52,142 bases of DNA, from contig MQRK01250014.1 in assembly GCA_001938485.1 (NCBI GenBank), positions 1 to 52,142 on the forward strand, in the 5' to 3' direction. The DNA comes from Girardia tigrina (lineage: Eukaryota). Each line of letters opens with the position of its first letter. Position 1 is the first letter of the stretch. The position numbers and the translations under genes are program-made. Under the pieces are notes generated by a model. That model did no database searches and was not told the DNA's origin. It worked only from the letters and a program-made list of their open reading frames with translations. Of this stretch, positions 25,564 through 36,908 are shown one piece after another.

Positions 25564-27272
25564 CAGTCAAAGTTTTATTTTACGAAATTTTAATTAACGA
25601 AAACGTCTATATTACGAAAAATATATTTTAAAGGTTCACGAAATTTTGTTTTAATATACAGTTTAACGAAATTTTTTTAACGAAAGACTAAAACCCATGA
25701 CTAGCCGAGTGAATAATCAAAAGCAAACAAGAATACATGTAAGTATTGATGAAAAAATTAAAATTCTAGATTACAAGTTACTGAATCCCGATGTTACACA
25801 ACTTGGATTGGCAAAAAAATTTAATATTTCGCTTGGAACAATCAATTCAATATTAAAAAAAAGAAAGATCTACGGAAAATATGTGAAAATAAAAGAAATG
25901 CAAAAAATATTACACAAACAAAAGAAATTAACCCAAAATTATTCAATGTATTATTCGAATGGTTTGATCGTAAAAGATTAATGAATCACATTTTGACAGA
26001 TGATTTATTGACCGAAAAAGCACTGTCAATCGCCAATGCTTATAATTTTCAATCATTTAAAGCATCAAATACATGGATGAGAAAATTTAAACAGCACTTT
26101 CTAATAATCAATAAAACCGTTTGTGGAGAAGCAGGATTGGTCAAAGTGGATGACTTAAAGAACAGTTGGAGTGATTTTGAACACATGAAAGCAGAATTTG
26201 AATCAAGGAACATATACAATTGTGACGAGACATCTTTGTTTTTCAAATACCCGACCAAAAAAACACTTGTTTTATCAAAAGACGACAGGGCATGCGGTAA
26301 ATTTGCTAAAGACCGCATAACTTTGCTTTTTTGTGCAAATTTATCTGGTCAAAAAGAAATACCATTACTAATTGGAAAGGCACAGAGACCACACGGGTTT
26401 AAACACTTGAATTTGAATGACCTTGGGTTGGATTATAAAAACAGCAAAAAGGCTTGGATGACAAGCACTATTTTCTTTAACTGGATGAATCAACTTAATG
26501 ACAGAATGCAAAAAAAAATAGGAAAATTTTATTAATACTGGAGAATGCACCAGTTCATAATATCAACAGTACTTTCTCAAATGTTCAACTATACTTTTTG
26601 CCACCAACAACCACCTCACAGATTCAGCCGTTAGATCAAGGTATAATTCGCTCTTTCAAGGCCAACTATCGTAAGTTTTTCATGCGAAATTTAACATTGA
26701 ATGATGAAAAAGATGGTACATGCTATGCAAATTTGCTTAAAAACACAAAACTTAAAGATATTTTATCGTTGATTATTGAAGCATGGAATTGTATGAGTGC
26801 CGAAACAATCACAAACTGTTTTAATAAATCATTTAACAATTGTTCAAAAAATACAGTTGACATAATAGATGATGATATTGAAGATACTCAAGAAAATCAA
26901 CTTGATGTTGACTTTCCAACTTGTAATGAATACATCGAACATGATGATTTAAACAGTGAAAAAATTTGCATAGATGAAATACAACCAACCGAAGAAAAAG
27001 TCTCAGAGGAAGAGGAAGAGAAAGAAAAACTAGTTAGTTATAATGAGGTGATCTAATATATTAATTTAGTGGAAGCTTATATACTGCAAAACAGTTGTAC
27101 CGATTTTATTAATCTTGAAAAAGTTAAAGATATTATGAAAACAAAAAAAAGAAAAGGTATGAAAATCACGGATTATTTTAATAAAAAAATTCAATAAATT
27201 TCTAAATTTTCGTTATTTTTTGTTACGAAAGACCAAAATCCGTGTAAATTGATTTTCGTTAAACCGAACTTT

Positions 27273-27277
<5 letters not shown>
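25564..27277 (+). mobile_element. Tigger (pogo-like) transposon, full length, with a frameshifted transposase (25697-27197)
   Basis: TIRs CAGTCAAAGTT...ACGAAA and TTTCGT...AACTTTGACT(A) within (TA)n. psq HTH, FKASNTW, IYNCDETSLF, KKAWMT and LPPTTTSQIQPLDQGIIRSFK motifs. Confidence 0.93.
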
Positions 27278-27335
<58 letters not shown>

Positions 27336-28072
27336 TATATGATCGTGGCAGATGGTTACGACAATAAGCATAAATAAAGTTACTTTAATTACGTGCTTAA
27401 TTAAATAAATATAATCCTTTGGTTTATGTAAATACAGATTTGTTTGCCTTCATCACTTGTTTAATTTAATACATTTTGGTTACATAAAATCCTTAGGTTT
27501 TCCACTGAGCACCATGTATATCAGCAGTAAAAAATCAGTGATTTTAAGATGACTGTAAAACCTTCAAAATATATTATCATATAAATATATATAGAAATGT
27601 GGTACATTGTGTTATAATTAAATTTATTGTTATTTTATATTTAAAATTAAATCGTGAATTAAATATAATAGGAGGTAATTAATTTAGTTCGCTGATCAAA
27701 ATTTAAATGGTCTTAAAAATTATTTTGAATTGAAATTGTAAGTAGCGTTTATGTCACTTTCATTATTATCAAGTTCCGAAGTCATAATTTAACACCACAA
27801 AATTTATTAATATCAACAATTCATATATTTAGACAAATTTCTTTCGCCCAAAATTAATCTATAAATTTTTTTCGATTAAATTTTGAAAATTTGCTAAATT
27901 TTAAACTTTCAAATATTTTTTTTACAATTTTTACGAAATTTAAACTTAAAAATAATTCAAACATTTTTAAAAAATTTTATCATAAAAACAAATTAATTTA
28001 AATTTACAATAAATCCTTTTATTAAAAAATTATTTCTGAAAATATTAATCCGTTAATAATCTATTTTAAAAT

Positions 28073-29043
28073 TTATTTAAACTTATTTCATAACTGTTAT
28101 TAAAATATATCAATTGTTATGACTGCAAGCATATTTTAAATAAGTATTTAATTTTTGAATATTTTACTTTACATTTTAATTTTTTAATTTAATTTTTTCT
28201 AAATTTTCAAGTTAAAAAAAATTAATAAACCATTTTGGTGAAATGCAAAATTTAACTAACCCCTCATAGAAATCAAAGTGGAAATTTTAAAAATTAAGTA
28301 GAATAATAATTATGCTTTGAATTTGAAAATATTCTTTATAAATTTATTTTCTTTAAAATATTATTATAGTAAAAAAATGAATGGAGTTAAACAGATAACA
28401 CAGTGTTTTAAAACATAATAATTTATTTGGAATTTAATAAAAATTTTAAAATCAATTAAGGATATGACTAAAAAATTACATATTTTAAACATAAAAAATT
28501 GAATATTAAATATAAAGTATTTTTTAAAATTTCAAAAATACTAAAAATAAATTACAACAGGTTTTTTTTATTAAAAAATTCAAAAAATTAAAAAAGCAGA
28601 AAATAATTTTTCATTTGAAAAACAAAATTTTAAAAACATTATAAAAGGTTAAAATAAACAACAAATTTAAAAAATAAATACTTCCATTAAAAACTAAATA
28701 AACGTAAATTAATAATTTTCATAAATGTTTTAAAAGTAAATAGTATTTAATTTGAAATTTAAAAATTATTTGAAAATAGAGATCGGCGGATTAATGATTA
28801 ATTAAGCAAAATGTCGAAAAATTTGCTTGAAAATTGTTTAAAAAAAATTTCAAAAATACTAAAAATTTAAAAAATTTCACCAAAATGGTTTATTATTTTT
28901 TTAACTTGAAAATTTAGAAAAAAATAAATTGAAAAATTAAAATGTAAAGTAAAATATTCAAAAATTAAATACTTATTTAAAATATGCTTGCAGTCATAAC
29001 AATTGATATATTTTAATAACAGTTATGAAATAAGTTTAAATAA
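28073..29043. repeat. Near-perfect ~170-bp inverted repeat (28073-28244 and 28874-29043)
   Basis: For example, CAATTGTTATGACTGCAAGCATATTTT pairs with AAAATATGCTTGCAGTCATAACAATTG. Confidence 0.9.
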
Positions 29044-29202
29044 TGATATAATTTGAGTTAAAATGAATTCCGAAATTGATGTTGCAACCACTTCTCAAAA
29101 ATTATATATAATTAATTAACTTTAATATTAATTTTTTAATATTAACTTTAATTATTTGGATTAGTAACTGCAGTGGTAGTTATTTTAGTACAACCGTATT
29201 TC

Positions 29203-29535
29203 TTACTTGTTCTCGTTGCTGTATTCTATGAAATGTTCGTTTGGATAATTGCATTTCGTTGCGCATGTCGGTTGAAAAGTGCCTTTCATTTCATTGAACA
29301 AAATATTCAGCGGAATCCCATCTCGTTTACGCAATTCAAATGTGGCGATATCCCAACCGAGAAAATGATGGCACGCATCTTTATCTGCCGGGAAAACTTC
29401 GAGCGATAGCGCACTCTTTATCGATGTTATGATAAATTCAGGCACCAATTTTAAATTGGCTGAACAAATGACTTTCAGTTGTTCATTTTTATATTGGCTT
29501 TTGACTTCACGATCGAATTTTTCCCACATTTTCAT
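29203..29535 (-). CDS. Unidentified ORF or candidate host exon (110 aa)
   Basis: An ATG-initiated ORF with protein-like composition in very AT-rich surroundings. Its stop overlaps a GTAAGA donor-like motif. Confidence 0.3.
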   Translation of the reverse strand: MKMWEKFDREVKSQYKNEQLKVICSANLKLVPEFIITSIKSALSLEVFPADKDACHHFLGWDIATFELRKRDGIPLNILFNEMKGTFQPTCATKCNYPNEHFIEYSNENK

Positions 29536-30779
29536 TATTTTTGTAAATTTATTTCCATATATTTAAATCGACGCAAAATTATTTATTCAAAATTGGATTA
29601 AATAAACAAAAATGTCAATTATAAAAGAAAAAAATGATATGGCAATCTAAATTTACGGATAACTTAAAATCGATTACCTCGATTTTTGTCTTTTATAAAT
29701 AATAAATTTAAATAATTATCTATATCAAGGGTCTCCAAACTACGGCCCGCGATATAATTTTATCCGGCCCGCGACACAATTCCTCAAATGTAGACAACTT
29801 ACACTGAATAAAAAAATCAAATAACGATTTGCAATAATTTAAACTTAAAATGAATTATTATTCATTAATAAATATAAAAAATAATTTTATTATTAATATT
29901 AACAAGAAAAATTTTAAACATGTAAATATACTTATATATTAAAATCACATATTGTTATTTATAACTTAATTTCGTTTCCAATTTTAGTCAAACTATTCAT
30001 CGGAAATCTACCCCCATCAGCATCTCCAATCGGAGTTTAAAAGAATTTTATTAAAAATATTGGTTAAATTTAATTAATTTTATTATGTAAAAATTTTTTT
30101 ATCTTACTTTATTTTGGCAACAGTTTTGAAAGATAAATACATTATTTCTTGATTTTTCAAATTAGACAAATTACTTATATATTTTCGTTGCGAAAGTAAT
30201 TTTTTTCGATATTTTTCGACCGATTTTAATTATCAGAACGCTAAACTTGATGATACATCGATTTCTTTTTTTCGATTTTCCATTTGTGTATCTCACAAAT
30301 TTTGTTTTTTAATTAATTTATAAATTTTACTAATTTAAATTGAAGATGGATTCTAAAAAATAGTCATATGAAGAGAAACGAAAATTGGATGACGAAGGGT
30401 GTATTTTTAATGATGAATGGGGCATAAAATACTTTTTCGTGCAATTAAAAACATGGGAAAAGATGTTTGTGTAGTATACACTGAAACAATAGCTGTATGG
30501 AAAGAATATAATATACGTCGTCACTATGACACAAAACATGCTGAAAATCTAAAAAAAATCTACTAAATCTTTTCCCAATTTAAAGAAAAAGAGCGGCTAA
30601 ATAAATTTTAATCATTATCTCAAGCTTTACAATTCCAACAGAATTTTTTATGAAACAGAAAAAGGATAATGAAAACTATACCTTGGCAAGTTACAAAATT
30701 GCGTATGTGTTGGCTAAAAGAGGAAAACCGTTCATTGATGGAATATGATTAAAGATTGTATCATGGAAGCAGTGACTGA

Positions 30780-31400
30780 TGTTGTGGTTCTGGGGTTTTC
30801 AATACATGGGAACATATCTTGTGAACTGAGCCGTTTGGTTTTGAGCCCCCAGGTTATCGGTAACCAACCATAAGATACTCTTATACTAATGCAGCCTCTG
30901 CATGTGTATTTTAACTCCTAACCTCTCGATGTCTACGATCAAAACTTACCTCTCAACCCCCATTACATCTGCACGTAGTGATAGGTGATGAGGACCTTCC
31001 AGGTTCCAGATCTACTCAGGTTTACGACCAGATAGACCAGATCAGCTCTAATGGGTATAATGTGATGTTGGAACTGTTTGATACTATTACATTAATGTGT
31101 TAACCCCAGGACGTGTGATAGTGTATCTTATCGTGATATGTTAGACCCCCGGAGCAGGTATGAAAACTATGACAACAATCCACCATTTACCATTTTAACA
31201 ATTACGAATTATTTATAAAAGTGTAGATTCGAATACCCTAACGCACATCCTCCATTCATGTATGTGATCTTGGTGTTAAAACATCGTGATATGAAAAAGA
31301 AAGAGATGCTAAGTAAATTTTAAAACAATTTGTGCGACCTATATTTTAAAATAATGTATCAGCAACTCATATTAACCCAATAAAATTTATTTTGCAAAAC
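30780..31400. mobile_element. LTR-like non-coding segment interrupting the hAT transposase
   Basis: Begins with TGTTGTGG exactly where hAT similarity stops. No partner LTR or TSD was found. Confidence 0.45.
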
Positions 31401-31411
31401 ATTTAAATACA

Positions 31412-32010
31412 TTATTTATACTCTTGCGAAAAAAAATTTGCGAATCTTACTGGAATTGTTTTTTGATGTACATTTTCAACTTCAGTACATAAAGAAACAT
31501 TATATTTTTCCATAAATGAAACATTTGGTTGAAATAAAAGATCATCATATGTGTCAATTGTTACTTCTGCACAATAAAATACTTCTGCTCGATAAGGAAT
31601 ATTTAAATTTTCATTTATATGTACATCGGTAACTTCGTGTATAATTTCTCCATTCGGAACTGAAATTAGATTTCCACTATTCAAATCAATTGAAATCCCT
31701 TTTAACTGTTGGAGTAGATCCATTCCAATTAAAAGTTTTTCAGGATATTGACCACTCACTAACACATTAGCTTCTATAATTCTATTTCCAATTGCAATTT
31801 GAACTTTAACATATCCTTCAATTACAAGATAGTCTCCAGACACTGATTGTAATTCTTCAAAAATTGGCAAAATATTTAATTTTTCAGACGATAATAACAT
31901 TGCTTGATTTATTATTGTGACAGAAGATCCAGTGTCAATTAATGCTAACGTTTTTCTATTATTAAATAATACCGCTAAAGTCGGTCTCCTTCCTGACTTT
32001 GCTTTGATCA
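31412..32010 (-). CDS. Retropepsin aspartic protease plus Gypsy post-PR spacer, in the same ORF (31412-33154) as the Env C-terminal half
   Basis: RPTLAVLFNNRKTLALIDTGSSVTII...LLIGMDLLQQL, with the catalytic DTG at 31936-31928. Confidence 0.92.
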
Positions 32011-32450
32011 TAGAAACATAGTTGCTGGGTACTCCCCATTGATTTCTTTTTTCTATATTTTCTTCACCCTCTTTAAAGGTTCCCAATTCTGAACTGATTG
32101 GTTTCATTTCTTCTAATTTGAGAAATGGATAAGAAGACAAAGAATGAATACTTGGAGGTGGGGTAAAGAATCTTCCCGCTTGTGTTTCACATTCGTTTAA
32201 TGTTTGCATCTGATTTTCATAGTATACACATTTCTTGTTCGTTGGTTGTGCTGTCATTTGACTATCAGGTTCATTATTTTTATTGCCTTTTTTATCATCA
32301 CCAGAGTTACTCGGATCACTATAAGAATCTTCTGAACTTGTCTTAAATTGTATACTTTTACTACTTCGCTTAGAGTCATTTTGACTTTTGTGTTTCTTGT
32401 ACTGTTTCACAGTCGATTTTAATGTATTAATATCTTTGTTACGATGATGA

Positions 32451-34291
32451 ATTATTAGAAATTTAGCTATAGTTGGTATACATCCTACAATCAACTGCCA
32501 TGAAATTCCAACCATTGTATATAATCTATATGTTGATAATATCTGAGTTAGAACCACTTTAATTATGATATATATCACATAAACACCAATAAGACCTGCA
32601 CAAGCTTGACAAAAGAATACAAATCTTCCCCAAATTTTTTTCATAGTATTCATGGTTGCTCTCTTATAATGATCAATACTCAAAAAATTGTCATAATTAA
32701 CTTGATCAACACCTCCTGGTAATACAGTGTCTACAATTTCAGTTACAACTCTTTCTCGTTTTGACGGAAATAATAAATTTCTTCGAGCATCCTCTACCTC
32801 TTCGGTTGAGTATATTCCATTTGAAGATATTTGGTTTAAAGACGTAAAATTAATTGAATACTCTAATTTAGTGAGTTCTAATTTTTCCACATTCTTCACT
32901 TCTTTATTATTTGGTAATGATATCCATGTATCTGGATTTAACCGATATAATGGAGCTACAATTTCATTACAATTTAAGACTTTAAGTTTCGTACCATTTT
33001 CGACTAAAACTCGAGTTATAGGTTCAACATATCTCAATTCTCCTTGAAACATTACAGGAAGCTCATTTGTGCATACATTGTTTTTAATCAATTGAACTGC
33101 AACTTCCTTACATTTAAGTAAACATAGATTCTCCCAATACTCTTCAAAATACACCGTTTTCTGAAATTAACATTGGAGCGACTAAATTTGGATTTGTGAA
33201 GATTAATCCTAAACGATTTCTGAAAATTTCTCTGTTTAGTTTACAATCATTTAATATAACTTCACTATACATAATTTCAATTGTAAATTGATTAAAATGA
33301 AAAGCAAAATCGATTTTGTTATTTAAATATTGAGATATTTTTATATCTGCATTTTTCACTATTCCAGCATCAGGGATTTTCTCTTTTGATACATATAAAC
33401 TTTTATAATTTGTCGTATAAATCATTTTTCCACAAAGAGTTTGTTGATCCTTTTTAATAAATTGCATTCCATCTGAAGTAAGAGAGGACATTAAAACTGT
33501 CGCCAATTTCCTTTCCAATACAGGATATGCTTTTCTTGTTTGGGCCCTTTTAGGCTTTAATATATCAGGTCTTTCACGAATTTACATACCTTGGGCTTCA
33601 GTAAATTCTACTGATTTCAAAAATGCTAAATTACAATCTTTATAATTGACTTTATATAATAATACTGATTCTCCAGTCTGGCAACTAGTTTGCTGAAAGT
33701 TGCAAAAAGGATGTGACTGCAATTTTCCTGTAGCTTCATCAAATATACCATCAAAAGTTCTCAATTCTGTCTGATACTCTTCTGAAATCATTATCTTTTG
33801 TATTATCTTTCCACCCAATTTTACAGCTTCTCCTTCGCAATCAGCATTGGCTTCCATTGTACCTTTTCAGATAACAGATTCTCTCATTATTGATCCAACT
33901 TTTGCAGCTAATTTTAATGTTTCATCAATTTTTAATTCTTTAGTCTGAAAGGCTGCCTCACAATTTTCGGGTAATATTTCTACTGGCCTTGGTATGGCAT
34001 CAATCTTAATCAAAGAAGTGTGACTCCATCTTCCACAATGAAATACATAAGTTGCTTTTTTCACAATACATTCTCTCACTTTTGCTCTACGAAATCCTGA
34101 TTCTTGATACAAGTGATACAATACATTAACCTTTTCTTTAATATGTAACGGGTAAGCTTCCGCACACTCAGCAACATCTAATAACGAATACGTTTTTCCA
34201 CTTCAGTTTGTGAACAATCATAAGCTACAAATGCTTGAGCTTGGTTCATTCCTAATATAATAAATAAAATTAAAGTGAACCACCACAATTT
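32451..34291 (-). pseudogene. Env: chuvirus-type (class III, gB-like) fusion glycoprotein with signal peptide and C-terminal TM; several frameshifts and stops
   Basis: Signal peptide LWWFTLILFIILGMNQAQA|FVAYDC. Motifs ECIVKK..FHCGRWSHTS, LCGKMIYTTNY, YLNNKID..MYSEVILNDCKL, KCKEVAV..CTNELPV..PITRVLVENGT..C and GIYS..R..LLFP. Hydrophobic segment at 32623-32451. Confidence 0.85.
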
Positions 34292-35073
34292 AGAACTATT
34301 ATTAATATTAAATTCATGTTTAGTTTTATCATTATTAATACTATCAATGTCTTTGATTGCTTTTTTCAAAAATGATTTATCAATTTTTGAAGTGTAAGTA
34401 TCTTGAACTGTCGCAACATTTTCCTGTTTAATATTATTCTCGACATCTTCAACATCTATATTCATGCACTGTATTGAAGGTTCAATTTTAATATCTTTAT
34501 CCACTGAAAGAGGTAAATCTAGACTCAAATTACTCGTAATGTAAATATCATTAATTTCTTTATTTGTGGCATTAATTTCATCAATAAAAAAATTTTTGAA
34601 TCTGGTTCATTTCACCATCTAAAATTACATAATCATAAATATAATTCTCGTCTTCTAATTATTGATTTCTATAAAACAATTGAACTGATCCGGATATCTT
34701 AATTAAGCTTTCAATCTTTTCTCTCAACTTTTTTACTTTAGCACACCAATTTTCAGCTAAGTAAACTACATCTTTTCCTAGAATATTCAAAGCCAAATAC
34801 ATTTTTGGTATATTCAAATTTTTTTTTATATAATACATGGCAAACTTTTTTAATAATTCTTTTATTTTTACTCCAAATTTTGTTACTTCATGAATTCGTG
34901 TCACCAATATTGGCTTTAAAAAACTTACTAATCTTTCTGAGACTGTAAAGGTATCAATTTCTTTTAATAAATCAATAATTTTTTGTTCATTGTAGAATTC
35001 ATTCTTAAATTCATTAATAAGACTCAATGTAATTTCTTTTATACGTGTCTCTGTTTCCAATTCATATTTTAAT

Positions 35074-35298
35074 TCAAGAAACTTGTATTTTAACATCAAC
35101 CATATTTTTCTGAGAAGGTAAAATGCCATAAGCAATTAAATATTCTCCATTTTCTAAAATCTGATTATTAAAAGTTAACATAATATTCTTACTTTCCATT
35201 TTAGATATAACTTCCTCCATTAAATCTTTAACCTTACTCTGCAACGATAACTCAAGTAAAATAATTTCTTTTCCACAACTACTAACAACAATAGGCAA
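35074..35298 (-). pseudogene. Ubiquitin-like (beta-grasp) domain within the retroelement polyprotein
   Basis: IILLELSLQSKVKDLMEEVISK...MLTFNNQILENGEYLIAYGI aligns by eye with ubiquitin [22 protein letters not shown]...[20 protein letters not shown]. No C-terminal GG. Confidence 0.6.
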
Positions 35299-35302
35299 CT
35301 TT

Positions 35303-36908
35303 TCAAAAACTAGACTGTCTTAATTCTTTTCCAAAAATCCGCATCATTTCCTTAGCTTTTACATTGGAATTTTCACTATTATATAAATGATCTGACAATA
35401 ATTTTACTAAACTTTCTTTTTTCTCGATATTTAAACTAATTTTGGAGACTTTTCCAATATTTTTAAATAATTTGTTCACAGTTTCTTTACTCAATTCCAC
35501 TTGATTTGATACTCTATTAATGAGAATTCTTATTTTATCTACTTCTAATTCATAAACCTTTGTACATACAGGTTTATCATCAATCATAAATTCAGTTGCG
35601 TTTTTACTTGTTTCATGATGTCTTTTCCTTGATTCATCTTTACTAGCTGATTTTGTTAACATCGATGATTTACTTTTAGTATCGCCCATTCGAACAGATA
35701 ATCTGTCAAATTGTGTTCTCAACTCATCAAATTCAGTTTTCCTTGTATTGTTAGCACTATCATCATCTGATGATAGATAATTAACATCCGCCGTTTGTCT
35801 TGGAATTTTATATGTTTTTTTCAAAATTGAAGGTGAATATTGCTTTGCAGTTGATCTACAAGTTCTGGCTAGGTGTCCAAACTTTTTACATTTTTCGCAT
35901 TGAATTTGACAATTTATATTAACTCTATCGCGTTGTGGCGATGGTGTTAAAGATCTGGTATTAAATCTACAAACATTTGCTGTATGACCTCTTTTCCCAC
36001 AATTATAACATGTAATAGTATTTGCTGTATTGCTTGGGAAGGTTTGTTCTTTAAACCAACACTGATTACTTGCATGGCCTAGTTTATTGCAATTAAAACA
36101 TCTGGGGATCTTTTTGTCAACATTTTTTCGCACAAAATTTGGACTAACATTACGAAAATTTGATCTGGGGATATTGAACTTCTATTACCACTATTAAAGT
36201 TATTGTTTTGATTAGTTTGAGGTCTGTATTTTCGATTGTTGTTTATTTGTTAAGGTCTTTTTATTTTTGGAGATGAATAACTATCGCTTTCTCTTTCAGA
36301 ATCGCTTTGTCTTAGGATCGATTTTTGTAGTCGTTCGAAAGATTTCATCTCAGTTGCAAAAACTGAACGAGTTGGAACTGCATTTGAATTCATTTCGATT
36401 TTCATTGCTTTTTTCACTAACTCATCAAATTTGGCATATTCAACTAAACTCAATGTAGCTTTAATATGATTCTGAACCCCAGACCAAAATTGATCCTCCA
36501 CCAGTTTTGATGTCTGCTCTGTCCATTTTTTTGCGATCACCAAAAGCTTTTTCTGCAAGCAAATTCACTTACGGATTCATTGGCATTTTGTATTCTCGTA
36601 TAGAACTTTTTGCGTAAAATTTGTCCAATGTCTCCACTGATTAATTTTTCTACAAGAGCATCCTTTATTTTTGACCAGTCAACAACTGTCCTTTTATCAA
36701 TCTGAGTATAAGCTTCTCTGGCTGCCCCTTTTAGGTACAAAGGCAATCTTTGAATCATAGTTTTATCTGACCAACCGTACGCCGAAGCATACATATAATA
36801 ATCTGTCATAAAATCAACGAATTCAACAGGATCTCCTCCATATTGATTTACTGGTAATCTTTGAAAATTTGCAATATCATTATTATTTTCACGATTCTCA
36901 TCTGCTAT
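35303..36908 (-). pseudogene. Ty3/Gypsy Gag (capsid plus three CCHC zinc knuckles), frameshifted
   Basis: YGWSDKTMIQRLPLYLKGAAREAY and RIQNANESVSEF, then CFNCNKLGHASNQC, CYNCGKRGHTANVC and CEKCKKFGHLARTC. Confidence 0.9.

Larger units (their letters stand above)
23426..27516. mobile_element. TA-flanked Tc1/mariner-type non-autonomous element with ~90-bp degenerate TIRs, enclosing host-gene fragments and a Tigger
   Basis: The left end TA|CAGGGTGCCCTGTATCAAACCAAAGG...ATTAAACACGTGATAAAGGCAAA...TATTTACATAAA matches the reverse complement of 27423-27516 (TA|CATGGTGCTCAGTGGAAAACCTAAGG...ATTAAACAAGTGATGAAGGCAAA...TATTTACATAAA). Confidence 0.75.

Noticed and set aside
31412-31680. dUTPase downstream of the protease
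   Set aside because: The segment is beta-rich but has no recognisable dUTPase motifs. It fits the usual Gypsy PR-RT spacer.
32451-34291. Stand-alone endogenous chuvirus insertion
   Set aside because: No nucleoprotein or L polymerase is nearby. The glycoprotein is in frame with a retrotransposon protease and collinear with gag.
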